Shown here one piece after another: positions 28,050-40,360 of a stretch of 64,000 nucleotides of DNA. A program made the translations under genes and the position numbers. Each line of letters begins with the position of its first letter. Position 1 is the stretch's first letter. The DNA is from Trueperaceae bacterium (GTDB lineage Bacteria; Deinococcota; Deinococci; Deinococcales; Trueperaceae): assembly GCA_040905665.1 (NCBI GenBank), contig JBBDRD010000035.1, forward strand, positions 183,229-247,228, given 5' to 3'. A model generated the notes under the pieces. The model was not told the DNA's origin and searched no databases. It saw only the letters and a list, made by a program, of their open reading frames with translations.

Positions 28050-30356
28050 TCATTCTAGGAACTCCGCAACATCCCGTGGGTCGACGTCGAGCCGCACTCG
28101 CACCCTCCCGGAAGCTTGCGAAACACCTCGAAGCAGCATCCGGAAGCGACTTTTCTCCTCGCCGCGCAGATAGACCAGAAAAGAGTACTGACCCCGTACC
28201 CGCGATACGGGCGCAGGTACCGGACCGAGCACTTCGTCCCCTGTCGCACCGGCGGCTGTGAGGCTACCTGCCACTCGTGCCGCCTCGCGCTCAGCCGCGC
28301 CGCGGTCCTTCGAACTCACCTGTATCTTGGCGAGTTGACCGAAGGGCGGGTAGTGAAAGCGTGTACGCCGCTCCATGAGCCTTAGCCCGTAGGCCTCGAG
28401 AGCGGCTTCCGAATTCTCCTCGGTGGAGGCAATCAGTGCTTCGTGTTCCGGCTGGAACGTCTGCACCACGACCAACGGACGGCCGCCGGGCGCCAACTCG
28501 GGGAGTTGCAGGAGGAGTCGCAGGCTTTCCTCGGCAGCGCGGAAATCGCTCACGTTGAGGTGCGTGTCCAGCAGTGTTATGCCGATGAGCGACACGTGTG
28601 GCAGGGGTAGTACGCGGAAGATGGACGAGGTGGCCACCAGCACTCCGGGAGTGCCCTCTCGAAGAGGGGTCAGGTCGTCCTGATGATCGCCATCGAGGCG
28701 GAGAACCTGCAGATCGGGCAGCAGCTTGGCCACGGCCCCGGCGATCCACTCGGTGCCCGCCGCTCGCCCTGGCGCTAGCGATGAGCCGCCACAGTTGGGA
28801 CAGACCTCCGGCAGCGGTACGCCGTAACCGCATTGATGACAGCGAAGCCTGTCATGGGAGCGGTGGTAGCGCAGGGCGAGGTCGCAATTGGGACACATGA
28901 CGGTATGGCCGCAATCCTTACAGGCAAGGGCCGCCGAGAAGCCGCGCCGTGGCGCCAGCAGTACCGCCTGACGGCCCCGCTCCTGCACCTGACGCAGTAC
29001 CTGTGCCAGGTGGCTGCCGAGCGGCCATCCGGTTGCTTCGGAGAGGTCACTCGCGAATAGCCTCTGCCGGGGGTTCGGCAACCGAATGTGGTTTGAGGTG
29101 GAGGTGGGTTCGGATCCCAGGCAGTCCGCCGTGGAAAGAGATGTCGCCTGCGCGCTGTCGGGTGACGCCCACAATCGCATCTCGGGACTCGCCAGAACAT
29201 CGCTTAGCACCAGCGGGAGGTTCCTGCGCTGGGCGAGTCGTCGGGCCGCCGCCGGGATGAAGAGACGCGGGCCGGCGGCTAGCTTGTAAGCCCCGCTGCC
29301 CGCCTCGGTGACCACTATTCGAGCCGGGTCGAGCAGTGGGGCGAGCAAAGCGGCATAGGTTCCGACCAGAACCAGAGCGCGGCCCGAAGCCGCTTCTTCC
29401 CACACGCGCAGGCGTTGCTCGTCGCTCGAATTGCCCGAGATCACCAGCACGGGCACCCTACTGGCGAGCCAGGCAGCGGTTTGAGTGAGATAAGCCGCCT
29501 CGGGCGCGAGCACCAGCACGCTGTGGCCGGCCGCTACATCTCGCTCGAGCGTGGGAACGATCGCCGCCAGGCGGTCGCGGCGCAGACCGCCGCTCACCAG
29601 GATCACCGGACCCTTGGGCAGCCCGTCGCCCCGCGGCTCGAGCTGGACCGGTTCGGGAGCGTGCAACGCCACGGGTGGCGCCGGCAGCTCGCGGTAGTCG
29701 GCGTAACCCTTGCGGACCAGAGCACGCACGGCGCTGTCGGGAACAGCGGCGTTCCGGGCAAGTTCGGCTGCGCCGGCCGCGCTCTCGAGTTCCCAGAGCC
29801 GCTCCAGCGCCAGCCTCTGATTGGCCTGCGCCTTTCCCATGAGTGCCTCGTCAACGGGTCTTTGCGGCACCAGGCACGAGATGGTCCGTTCAACGCGCCG
29901 CACCCTTTCGCGCACCATCCCCTGGCGCCGGTAGAGGTCGAGCTCGGCTGGACCCAGGGAGTCACCGCGCCGCCACTCGCCCGCCGGCAGAGCCAGACTC
30001 CCAGACCCCTCGACCGCGCTTACCTCGTGGAGTAGCTCCTCGCGCAAGCCAACCGGCACCAGTGAAGCGAGGACCACGCCGGGAGGAGCTCCGCTACTTT
30101 CGGCCAACTCCAGCAGGAGTTCGTGGGCGCCCTGGGCAAGAAAGGGTTCTCGGTCCAGCCAGGCGATCACGTCACGGTACTCGGTTGCCTGTGAGGCGGG
30201 CAGCTGCTCACTCCCCACGACCAGCCCGATCCGAACTCCGCCCTGCCAGGGGACCACCACCCGGGCGCCCAAGGGACCGGCTTCCTGATCAAACGGCGCC
30301 AGGAAACGAAATGGTGGAACGGGGAGGGGGAACAGGACGTCCACCGCATGCGGCAT
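28050..30356 (-). CDS. priA: Primosomal protein N' (PriA).
   Basis: Zinc-binding region CKDCGHTVMCPNCDLALRYHRSHDRLRCHQCGYGVPLPEVCPNCGGS; 768 aa. Confidence 0.8.
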   Translation of the reverse strand: MPHAVDVLFPLPVPPFRFLAPFDQEAGPLGARVVVPWQGGVRIGLVVGSEQLPASQATEYRDVIAWLDREPFLAQGAHELLLELAESSGAPPGVVLASLVPVGLREELLHEVSAVEGSGSLALPAGEWRRGDSLGPAELDLYRRQGMVRERVRRVERTISCLVPQRPVDEALMGKAQANQRLALERLWELESAAGAAELARNAAVPDSAVRALVRKGYADYRELPAPPVALHAPEPVQLEPRGDGLPKGPVILVSGGLRRDRLAAIVPTLERDVAAGHSVLVLAPEAAYLTQTAAWLASRVPVLVISGNSSDEQRLRVWEEAASGRALVLVGTYAALLAPLLDPARIVVTEAGSGAYKLAAGPRLFIPAAARRLAQRRNLPLVLSDVLASPEMRLWASPDSAQATSLSTADCLGSEPTSTSNHIRLPNPRQRLFASDLSEATGWPLGSHLAQVLRQVQERGRQAVLLAPRRGFSAALACKDCGHTVMCPNCDLALRYHRSHDRLRCHQCGYGVPLPEVCPNCGGSSLAPGRAAGTEWIAGAVAKLLPDLQVLRLDGDHQDDLTPLREGTPGVLVATSSIFRVLPLPHVSLIGITLLDTHLNVSDFRAAEESLRLLLQLPELAPGGRPLVVVQTFQPEHEALIASTEENSEAALEAYGLRLMERRTRFHYPPFGQLAKIQVSSKDRGAAEREAARVAGSLTAAGATGDEVLGPVPAPVSRVRGQYSFLVYLRGEEKSRFRMLLRGVSQASGRVRVRLDVDPRDVAEFLE

Positions 30357-30509
30357 CGTTCAATACTATCGTTCCGGTTCATGTTTCCCGGCTCCAACCG
30401 CTGGATTTGCCGAGAGGGATTTCGCTCCGGCCCGTTCGCTGCCGCGGTTGCTCGGCAGCCACCCTAGCTGGTCTAGCGACCGGCCCCGATTGGGAAGTTA
30501 GAATTCGGC

Positions 30510-31514
30510 ATGGACGAAGCCTCCGCCTACCGCAAGGCCGGCGTCGACCTTGACGCCGCCGAGGAGAGCCTGGCGGGAATCAGGGAGGCGGTCACATCTA
30601 CCTATACCGACGAGGTTATAGCCGGGCTGGGCGCCTTCGGAGGGCTCTACGCGCTGACAGATCTTCCTTCACGTCCGGTGCTGGTCGCCTCCACCGACGG
30701 TGTGGGCACCAAGACGAAGGTCGCTACGGCCGTTGGCCGGCTGGGGCAGTTGGGCGAAGACCTGGTAAACCATTGCATCAACGACATCCTGGTGCAGGGG
30801 GCGAAACCGCTCTTCTTTCTCGACTACATCGCCTCATCCCGTTTGCAAGCGGAGCAGGTAACCGCGGTGGTCGCGGGCGCCGCACGCGCCTGCCGAGAGG
30901 CGGGCATTCCCTTGTTGGGTGGTGAGACGGCCGAAATGCCGGGTATTTACGCCGAGGGTGAACTCGATCTCGTGGGCACCATCATCGGTTTGGTTGCTAG
31001 GGACCGCTTAATCGACGGCAGCACTATCCGTATCGGCGACAAGATCTTGGCCCTGGCCTCGAGCGGACTCCATACCAACGGCTACACGCTGGCCCGTGAG
31101 ATCCTAGTCGATCGCTACGACGAAAGGTTGGGAGCCGGCACCGTCGCCGATGCGCTGCTCGAGCCACACCGCAGCTACCTGCACACGGTGACGCCACTGC
31201 TCGAGCGCCCGGGATTGATACGCGGGATGGTACACGTGACCGGGGGCGGCATCCCCGGCAACCTTCCCAGGATATTGCCTAAGGGCAGAGGAGCAACTGT
31301 CGAGATTGGTAGTTGGCCCTCACCGGCGATTTTCGAGCTTATCGCCAAGAGTGGGCGTGTGAGTCTCGCCGAGATGCACCGGGTCTTCAATATGGGGGCC
31401 GGCTACCTATTGATTGTCGCCGCCGAAGACGAGGAGCGGGTGCGCTCCGCCTGCTCCGAACCGCTCTGGGCCGTCGGCACGATTGCCGACGGCCCAGGTG
31501 TGGAACTCGTCTAG
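30510..31514 (+). CDS. purM: Phosphoribosylformylglycinamidine cyclo-ligase (AIR synthetase).
   Basis: AYRKAGVDLDAAEE... PurM signature; 334 aa. Confidence 0.9.
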   Translation: MDEASAYRKAGVDLDAAEESLAGIREAVTSTYTDEVIAGLGAFGGLYALTDLPSRPVLVASTDGVGTKTKVATAVGRLGQLGEDLVNHCINDILVQGAKPLFFLDYIASSRLQAEQVTAVVAGAARACREAGIPLLGGETAEMPGIYAEGELDLVGTIIGLVARDRLIDGSTIRIGDKILALASSGLHTNGYTLAREILVDRYDERLGAGTVADALLEPHRSYLHTVTPLLERPGLIRGMVHVTGGGIPGNLPRILPKGRGATVEIGSWPSPAIFELIAKSGRVSLAEMHRVFNMGAGYLLIVAAEDEERVRSACSEPLWAVGTIADGPGVELV

Positions 31515-32491
31515 CGCACCTCGCCGCGCGCGGGGTCAGTGCGGCTGGAATCGACGCGGCCGGGATCGGTAAGCGAGCGCAGGTCGAGAAGGAAATTACT
31601 GTCCGAGGGCAGTAGGATCGTCTGCAAGGTTGGGGCAAGCCTTTGCGCAACCTCCAGCTGGATTATCTCTGGGTTCTGCCGAAGCGCATCACCACGCAGG
31701 CGCAACGCCTCGGCCTCGCCCTCTGCCTTGGCCACGGCAGCGTCTCGCTCGCCGGTGGCTTCGATCACGCGCCGCTGGGCGGCGATCTCCGACTGCAGCC
31801 GGCGGTTCTCTTCGACCGCAACCTGCTGCTCGGCGGCCTGCTTCTCCTCGATCGCCTGAGTTATCGACTCGGGGATTCGCACATCACGCAGCAGGACGCT
31901 CAGGACCAGGACGTTGTCCCGTTCCAGCGCGTTGGCGAGGTTGTCCTCGATCATCCTTTGTAGATCATCACGCTCGGAAGAGATCAGATTGGCGGCGTCG
32001 AACTCGCTGATGCCGTCGCGTATCTGGCTTCTGACCTCGGGCCTCACCCGGATCTCCTCGAAAGCGGTGCCGATGTCCTGATGGAGTCGAGCCGCTTCAT
32101 TACCGTCGATCTGGTAGAGGACGGTGACGTCCACGATGATCTCGAGTCCCTCCGAGGAACGCGCGCTGATCTGGTCGCCCTGCACGGTAGCGAGCGTGAG
32201 CTCCTGCTGTCTCGTGTCGTAGAGCGTCACCTGCTGCACGACGGGTATCACGACGTGGACGCCTTCGCCGAGTTCATCTTGCTGAACACCGCCGAAGACA
32301 TTGAAGACCACTCCGGCGTGACCGGCGGGTACGATCACAATCGACGTTGCCAGAAACGCTCCTAGAATGCCCACCGCAACGAGCGCGGTACCGAGCGAGC
32401 GCATCCGGGCTTGTTGGCCCTGAACGCCCTGCACGAGCACCACGAGACCAAGGAGCACGACTGCCAGACCTGCGAAAAGAAAAACGTTCAT
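31511..32491 (-). CDS. SPFH/band-7 (prohibitin/HflK-like) membrane protein; start at MNVFLFAGL with a GGAGG ribosome-binding site.
   Basis: SPFH core plus a coiled-coil C-terminus. Confidence 0.75.
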   Translation of the reverse strand: MNVFLFAGLAVVLLGLVVLVQGVQGQQARMRSLGTALVAVGILGAFLATSIVIVPAGHAGVVFNVFGGVQQDELGEGVHVVIPVVQQVTLYDTRQQELTLATVQGDQISARSSEGLEIIVDVTVLYQIDGNEAARLHQDIGTAFEEIRVRPEVRSQIRDGISEFDAANLISSERDDLQRMIEDNLANALERDNVLVLSVLLRDVRIPESITQAIEEKQAAEQQVAVEENRRLQSEIAAQRRVIEATGERDAAVAKAEGEAEALRLRGDALRQNPEIIQLEVAQRLAPTLQTILLPSDSNFLLDLRSLTDPGRVDSSRTDPARGEVR

Positions 32492-32630
32492 TAAACAACC
32501 TCCCACCCCCCGGCGCAAAGAGTGTAACCGGAGCCGGAGAGGAGACATTCCTGTTGAAATGCCGGATTGGAGGAGTCGGCGTGGTATCGAGCGCCAATAC
32601 TGTAGGGCACTTGCATGGGGGCAGAAAGGG

Positions 32631-34112
32631 TTAGGGCCGAGTCGCCTTGTGCGCCTGCCGCAGTTCGCCGGCTGTATGGCGGGAGAGCGGAGGAAGCTCC
32701 GCACTGTCACGAGTGTCAAGGGCCGGCAGACAAACCGTGAAAACACTTCCCTCGCCTAGACGCGATTCCACCTCCACAGTTCCACCATGCTGCTGCACTA
32801 TCCATTTCACGATCGCCAAACCCAGTCCGCTGCCGTTTCCCCGGGTCGAACGAGCTCCGTCGACGCGGTAAAAGCGGTCGAACAGGTGCGGCAGCGCGTT
32901 CTCGGGAATCCCTGGGCCGTTGTCGAGGAACTCCATGCGGATCGTGTCCTTTTCACGCATGAGTGAGATTGTCATGCGTGTCGCCCCGGCGTTAAGCGCG
33001 TTTTGCACGAGGTTGAGTACGACCTGCTTGAGCCGGGACGCGTCACCGAGAACCTGCAGCAGCGGCTGCGGACTGGTGATGACGATCTCGGCGTTTCCAG
33101 CGACGGGCGCCACCTCCATATGCACCGCCTCGACGACGTCGAGCAGGTTCATCGGTTCTCTGTTGACGGGAAATCCGGCGTCGGCCCGTGCAAGTTCAAG
33201 GAGGTCGTTCACCAGCTTCGCCATCCGCTCCGCCTCGCGCCTGATGACGGTGAGCGAGTCAACCTGCTCCGGGTCGGGACTGGTGCGACGAAGAAGATAG
33301 TTGCTATGGCCCACGATCGCGGTTACCGGCGTGCGCAACTCATGCGAGGCGTCGGCAGTGAAGCGACGCTGCGTTTCAAAGGACTCCTGGAGCCGGTCGA
33401 GCATGCGGTTGAGGGTGATCGCCATTTCGCGAATCTCGTCGTGGCTGCGCGGAACCGGAACTCGGTGGGAGAGGTCGCGGCTGGTGACCCTGGCCGCGGC
33501 GTGAGTGACACGTTGCAGTGGCGCCAGGACCTGCCGCGAAAGCAGCCATACCCCGATGGCGAAGGCGATGAAAGCCAGCACGACCGTCACGCCCAAGTCG
33601 GAGCTCAGCTTGTTGAGGGTGCTGTTGACCTCACTTGCCGGGACTCCCACGAGGATCACCGAGCGAAAGGTGCGCTCGCGCGTCTCCTCGGTGATGGTTC
33701 CGATCTGGCCCATGACCAGCAGCACCTCCCCGGTCTCCACGGAGCGGGCCCGGGTCGTGACGCGGCCGCTGTCGACCAGCGACTGGAGATCGGCGTCGCT
33801 GAGCAGGGGGAAGAGTCGCGGCCGGTTGTATTCGAACGGCAGCCCCAGCCTCAGATCGTTGGGTGTACGAACACGTACAACCGCGGGCGAGCCGAGGAGC
33901 TGAATGTCGCGGTAGATGTCGCCCGGCAGCTTCTCCAGGCCGCGGTTCACATACGCTTCGCTGCGGATGTCCACCAGCGCCTGACGCGCGCGCTCGGCAA
34001 TGGATTCCTCGAGCGACCGTTCGGTGAGCGCATACACCGAGAGCGCCACAGCCGACAGGATGACGGCGATGAAAGCGCTAAAGAACAGCGTGAGGCGTAA
34101 CCGCAGGGACAT
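32631..34112 (-). CDS. Sensor histidine kinase (transmembrane, HAMP, HisKA, HATPase_c).
   Basis: H-box DASHELRTPVTAI; N, G1 and G2 boxes LDNGPGIP...GSGLGLAIV. Confidence 0.85.
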   Translation of the reverse strand: MSLRLRLTLFFSAFIAVILSAVALSVYALTERSLEESIAERARQALVDIRSEAYVNRGLEKLPGDIYRDIQLLGSPAVVRVRTPNDLRLGLPFEYNRPRLFPLLSDADLQSLVDSGRVTTRARSVETGEVLLVMGQIGTITEETRERTFRSVILVGVPASEVNSTLNKLSSDLGVTVVLAFIAFAIGVWLLSRQVLAPLQRVTHAAARVTSRDLSHRVPVPRSHDEIREMAITLNRMLDRLQESFETQRRFTADASHELRTPVTAIVGHSNYLLRRTSPDPEQVDSLTVIRREAERMAKLVNDLLELARADAGFPVNREPMNLLDVVEAVHMEVAPVAGNAEIVITSPQPLLQVLGDASRLKQVVLNLVQNALNAGATRMTISLMREKDTIRMEFLDNGPGIPENALPHLFDRFYRVDGARSTRGNGSGLGLAIVKWIVQQHGGTVEVESRLGEGSVFTVCLPALDTRDSAELPPLSRHTAGELRQAHKATRP

Positions 34113-34117
34113 TTCGC

Positions 34118-34795
34118 CTACTCTTCGCGCAGCACGTACCCGACCCCGCGCACGGTGTGGATCAGCCGCCTCTCGCCTTCACCTTCGAGCTTCCGGCGAA
34201 GGTAGCCCACGTACACGTCGACGACGTTCGAGCCGCCGGTGTATTCGGGCCACACCTTCTCCTCGATTTCGAAGCGGTTGAAGACCTTGCCGGGGTTGCG
34301 GGCGAACAGTTCCAGCAGTTCGAACTCCTTGGCCGAAAGCTCGATGCGGCGGCCGTCGCGGAACACCTCACGGCCGTCTAGGTTCATGACCAGATCGGCG
34401 ACACGCACCTCACCGGTAACGGCGGGGTTTACGCGGCGAAGATGAGCCCGTACCCGGGCCAGAAGCTCCTCGATGGAGAACGGCTTCACCAGATAATCGT
34501 CGGCACCCGAGTCGAGACCGGTGACCTTGTCATCGACGCTGTCCTTGGCGGTAAGGATGATGATGGGCGTGTTGGACGTTTTACGTATGCGGCGGGCGAC
34601 TTCCAGCCCATCTAGAACCGGCAGCATTAAATCGAGGACAACCAGATCCGGGTTGAGCTCGCGAAATTTCGAGAGGCCGGTTACGCCGTCGTAGGTGACG
34701 ACCGTTTCGTAGCTCTCGGCCTGGAGTTCGAGATCGATGAACTTCGCGATCTCCTTCTCGTCCTCGACAATCAGAATGAGTGGCTTGCGCTCCAT
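34118..34795 (-). CDS. OmpR-family response regulator; start at [13 protein letters not shown].
   Basis: Receiver D-box plus winged-helix C-terminus. Confidence 0.85.
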   Translation of the reverse strand: MERKPLILIVEDEKEIAKFIDLELQAESYETVVTYDGVTGLSKFRELNPDLVVLDLMLPVLDGLEVARRIRKTSNTPIIILTAKDSVDDKVTGLDSGADDYLVKPFSIEELLARVRAHLRRVNPAVTGEVRVADLVMNLDGREVFRDGRRIELSAKEFELLELFARNPGKVFNRFEIEEKVWPEYTGGSNVVDVYVGYLRRKLEGEGERRLIHTVRGVGYVLREE

Positions 34796-34874
34796 GAGTC
34801 GATTATTACGGACGGAAAGATGAGAGGTTTGATGAGAGGTTGACACCGCTCTGGCCCCGTTTCTCAGCAAACCC

Positions 34875-35372
34875 TCATGAGGTACTAGCTTCGCTCGCAC
34901 CGATTGTTATGGTTGGCTGGATGACGATGTCCCGCTCCAGTACCCGTAACGCCCAAGCTTTCGCGCCGGGTAGCGAGTGGTCCCGGTAGTTACCGCACTC
35001 CAATTCGCTGCAGCCGGGAATCTCTCCATTGTGGCACGCCACCTTGGCCAACGCGTACTTGAACGCCTCCCGCGCTTCCTCTTCCTCTACCCCACCCAGC
35101 ACCGTTAGGTAGAACCCGGTTCGGCATCCCATCGGCGAAGCATCCACCACCTTGCTGCCCAGCTCGTCGCGCAGGTAGCCGGCGAAAAGGTGTTCGATGG
35201 TGTGTAGGGCGGCCGTTGGGATCTCGGCCTGATTGGGCTGAACCAGGCGCAGATCGAACTTCCGCACGACGTCGCCGTGCGGCCCCTGATAATTTGCGGC
35301 GAGACGCACGTAGGGCGCCCGTACACGAGTATGGTCCAGATCGAACGATTCGGACCGGGTCATTTTCTCCAT
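34875..35372 (-). CDS. luxS: S-ribosylhomocysteine lyase LuxS.
   Basis: HTIEHLFAG metal-binding motif; full-length similarity. Confidence 0.85.
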   Translation of the reverse strand: MEKMTRSESFDLDHTRVRAPYVRLAANYQGPHGDVVRKFDLRLVQPNQAEIPTAALHTIEHLFAGYLRDELGSKVVDASPMGCRTGFYLTVLGGVEEEEAREAFKYALAKVACHNGEIPGCSELECGNYRDHSLPGAKAWALRVLERDIVIQPTITIGASEASTS

Positions 35373-35516
35373 GCCGGCTACTTCCATGCCGGCAGTATAG
35401 CCGCGGAGCCGAGTAATGCCGGTAGCGGCGTCCCACCATTCCTTTGCCCCACGATCCTTTCCTTACTGGACCAGCGAGAATTATCCGACTGGCGCACCAC
35501 CTGGGGACGACCTAGA

Positions 35517-35939
35517 ATGCTGAACATGAAAACCTCAAGGATAGTTGCTTTGCTGGGCCTCGCTCTCCTTCTGAGCGCATGTACCCTAACCGTGCGACCG
35601 GGCGCGAATATCGACGTGCAGGCGGTGAGTGTAGTGGGTGCTCCATTGGTGAACGGGCGACTGGGCCTTCACGGCTATCCGCATGCGGTCATCGTGAGCC
35701 TGCAGGAGCGTCGCGGCTCATCCCAGACGACCTTTGAGACGGGCGCCTCGCTCGACGCCGTGTATAGCCACTTCCATCGTCAGTTGGCCGGCCAGGGTTG
35801 GCGCCGCAACGACTACGAGGGGCGGCCACACAAGGTAGAGGCCGAGTATCGGCGTGGTGAAGCAGAGGTCGATTTCGAACTCGACCGCCAGGGCCGCAGC
35901 GGTCGCTACCGGTTGGACATAGACTTTGACGACGACTGA
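35517..35939 (+). CDS. Hypothetical lipoprotein (MLNMKTSRIVALLGLALLLSAC).
   Basis: Signal peptide plus lipobox. Confidence 0.5.
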   Translation: MLNMKTSRIVALLGLALLLSACTLTVRPGANIDVQAVSVVGAPLVNGRLGLHGYPHAVIVSLQERRGSSQTTFETGASLDAVYSHFHRQLAGQGWRRNDYEGRPHKVEAEYRRGEAEVDFELDRQGRSGRYRLDIDFDDD

Positions 35940-36111
35940 ATCAGCGGGACTCAAGCTAGCCGCGTTGCAGCTTAGCCACATTTCGCCGCGCTCTGCTGCC
36001 GACCCCGGGGGAGTACGCATTCGCGCGAGGTACTCACCCTTCCGGTTCGACTCCCAGCCGGTTAGACTGTCGTCGCCTTGAAATCCATTATTTGACTGGG
36101 GTGTATTTATT

Positions 36112-36633
36112 TTGCGCGAACGCCTGGCGATCTTCATAGATGGCAGCAATCTCTATAACGGAATGCGCGAGAATCTTTCCAACACGCGCGTCAACCTCTC
36201 TGAATTGATGAAACAGTTGCGGCGAGAACGGCCGCTGGTACGCACTTATTACTACAACGCACCACTCACCGACGATTACGACGAAGACCTTCGCGACGGG
36301 CAGCACCGCTTTTTCGAGTCCCTGCGGCGCATACCGTATGTGACGGTTCGACTTGGGCGGCTTCATCGGCGCAACGATGGTTCTCTGGTCGAGAAGGGAA
36401 TCGACGTGGCGATCGCCGTGGAGAGCTTGGCGCTTGCCTATCAGGACGCGTACGATTGCGCTCTGATCGTATCGGGCGACGGCGACTACGTCGAACTGGT
36501 GGAAGCGATCAAGCGCACAGGGAAGCACGTCGAGTGCGCGATGTTCAAGAACCAATCGGCGGGTATCCTGATGGAGCACGTCGATGTATTCACGCCACTC
36601 GACGAACTCGACTGGTCAAAGATAGTGTTTTGA
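36112..36633 (+). CDS. NYN-domain (LabA-like/DUF88) protein.
   Basis: LAIFIDGSNLY...IVSGDGDY motifs. Confidence 0.7.
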   Translation: MRERLAIFIDGSNLYNGMRENLSNTRVNLSELMKQLRRERPLVRTYYYNAPLTDDYDEDLRDGQHRFFESLRRIPYVTVRLGRLHRRNDGSLVEKGIDVAIAVESLALAYQDAYDCALIVSGDGDYVELVEAIKRTGKHVECAMFKNQSAGILMEHVDVFTPLDELDWSKIVF

Positions 36634-36883
36634 AGCGAAGCCCGGGAACTAATCGGTAGAAGTTGAGGCGGATAGGGCGCATAATGGTAATACCTTCTGA
36701 GAGAGATGGTTGGAAGAGGTGGTCCCCTTGGCTCTGTCTTCACGTCGCTTCCTAGTCCGCGAATTGCGCCTATCCGGCCCTCGCAGACCCGCTGCCCGAA
36801 ATCGGACCTCCCTGCTAACGACTGACCTGCTTAACATCGTCTTGCCGTGGCAGGCGATCTCCGGCAGCCACTGATTTTCGGTC

Positions 36884-38191
36884 GTGTCCAATCTGAGCCG
36901 CTTCTTCTCCATGGGAACCACCCGCGGAGTGACCGCCCGTTTCGGCCTCCTGGCCGGACTTCAAGAATTCGCGATCTGGCTCCCGCTGCCCGTTCTCGTT
37001 TTGCACATGACGGACCGGGGCCTCGATTTAGCCCTGGTTGGCGTCGCCTTTGGCTTGCGAGCTCTGTTCGTGGTCCTGCTGGAGGTGCCCACCGGTGGTC
37101 TAGCCGATGCGGTAGGACGAAAACCGGTCGCACTTGCCTCCCAGGCCTTTACCCTCGTCTCGTTCGTCGTTCTGTTGTATGCCGCGGGCGCCGCGACGGC
37201 TGTCCTATACGCACTGTTTCAGGGGATCGGCGCCGCTCTTCACAGTGGCGCACTAGATGCCTGGTACGTTGACGCTCTCAAACGGGTCGACCCCCAAGCG
37301 CCGCTCCAGCGCTATCTGGCGATCGTCGACGTATTGCAGTCCGCCGGCATGCTTGTGGCCGCGGCGTTGGGCGGAGTGCTGCCGGCAATCGCGTCCGGTT
37401 GGGGGCTTCCCTACCCGCTCACCGGCTTCGGGATTGCGCTATTCGTAGGAATTGCGATGCGCGGCCTGGTTTGGATACTTACAGCCATACTCGTCACGGA
37501 ACCGCCTCGGCCGGCCTCCAACGGCGTAGCAGGACTGCGCGCCGTGCCCCTCATACTTCGTGATGCGGCGCGACTCTCGAAAGAGATTCCGGTCGTACGC
37601 TACCTACTCTTCTCCGCGGCCGCGAGCGGTGTCGCGCTCATCGCGCTCGAGACCTTCTGGCAACCGATTGCAGCGCTCGAGTTCGGTTCCGCCGTTAGTG
37701 ACAGCGGTGTTTTCGGCGGCTTGGGGCTGCTAATGGGTATCGCCGTGCTGCTGGGCAGCCTGGCGATCCTCCGCTACGGGGAGAAGTTCCCCGGCGGACC
37801 GGCGATCCTCGCCGTTGCGACTCAGGCCGGCAAGGGGCTGGCTATGCTCCTCCTGGCCAGCCAAGCAGGCGGACTTGGAATTGCAGTCGGCCTTGCGCTG
37901 GCCTACTTCGCCCTTTCGGCCAACAACGTCCCGCATGAGGCGCTGCTCAACGAGGCCATCCCTTCGGAGCGACGCTCGGTAATGCTTAGCCTAAACTCGC
38001 TCTCCTTGTTTCTGGGGATTGCGATCGGCTCGACCATCTTGGGACTGCTCGCCTCTCGTATGGGTGCAGGACTCGCATTGGCAACCGCCGGCGCCTTGAC
38101 GGTGGCGGCGAGCGCCGCTTATCTGGGAGTACACCTGGCCGCCCGTAGGGAATCGGCGGTGCTCGAAACGGGAGTGCAATCCACCGACTGA
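36884..38191 (+). CDS. MFS transporter.
   Basis: Twelve predicted TM helices; MFS loop motif GGLADAVGRKP. Confidence 0.75.
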   Translation: MSNLSRFFSMGTTRGVTARFGLLAGLQEFAIWLPLPVLVLHMTDRGLDLALVGVAFGLRALFVVLLEVPTGGLADAVGRKPVALASQAFTLVSFVVLLYAAGAATAVLYALFQGIGAALHSGALDAWYVDALKRVDPQAPLQRYLAIVDVLQSAGMLVAAALGGVLPAIASGWGLPYPLTGFGIALFVGIAMRGLVWILTAILVTEPPRPASNGVAGLRAVPLILRDAARLSKEIPVVRYLLFSAAASGVALIALETFWQPIAALEFGSAVSDSGVFGGLGLLMGIAVLLGSLAILRYGEKFPGGPAILAVATQAGKGLAMLLLASQAGGLGIAVGLALAYFALSANNVPHEALLNEAIPSERRSVMLSLNSLSLFLGIAIGSTILGLLASRMGAGLALATAGALTVAASAAYLGVHLAARRESAVLETGVQSTD

Positions 38192-38233
38192 CGGGGATGG
38201 CCGAACAGGCGACCCGGAAAACCGCAGTTCCGG

Positions 38234-40342
<2,109 letters not shown>

Positions 40343-40360
40343 TCAACTACTGGAGGCTGC

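Noticed and set aside
36030-36070. GGTTCGACTCCC motif resembling a tRNA T-arm/3' end, which would be a possible att remnant.
   Set aside because: Flanking bases cannot form a 5-bp T-stem, acceptor stem or anticodon arm; no cloverleaf could be built on either strand.
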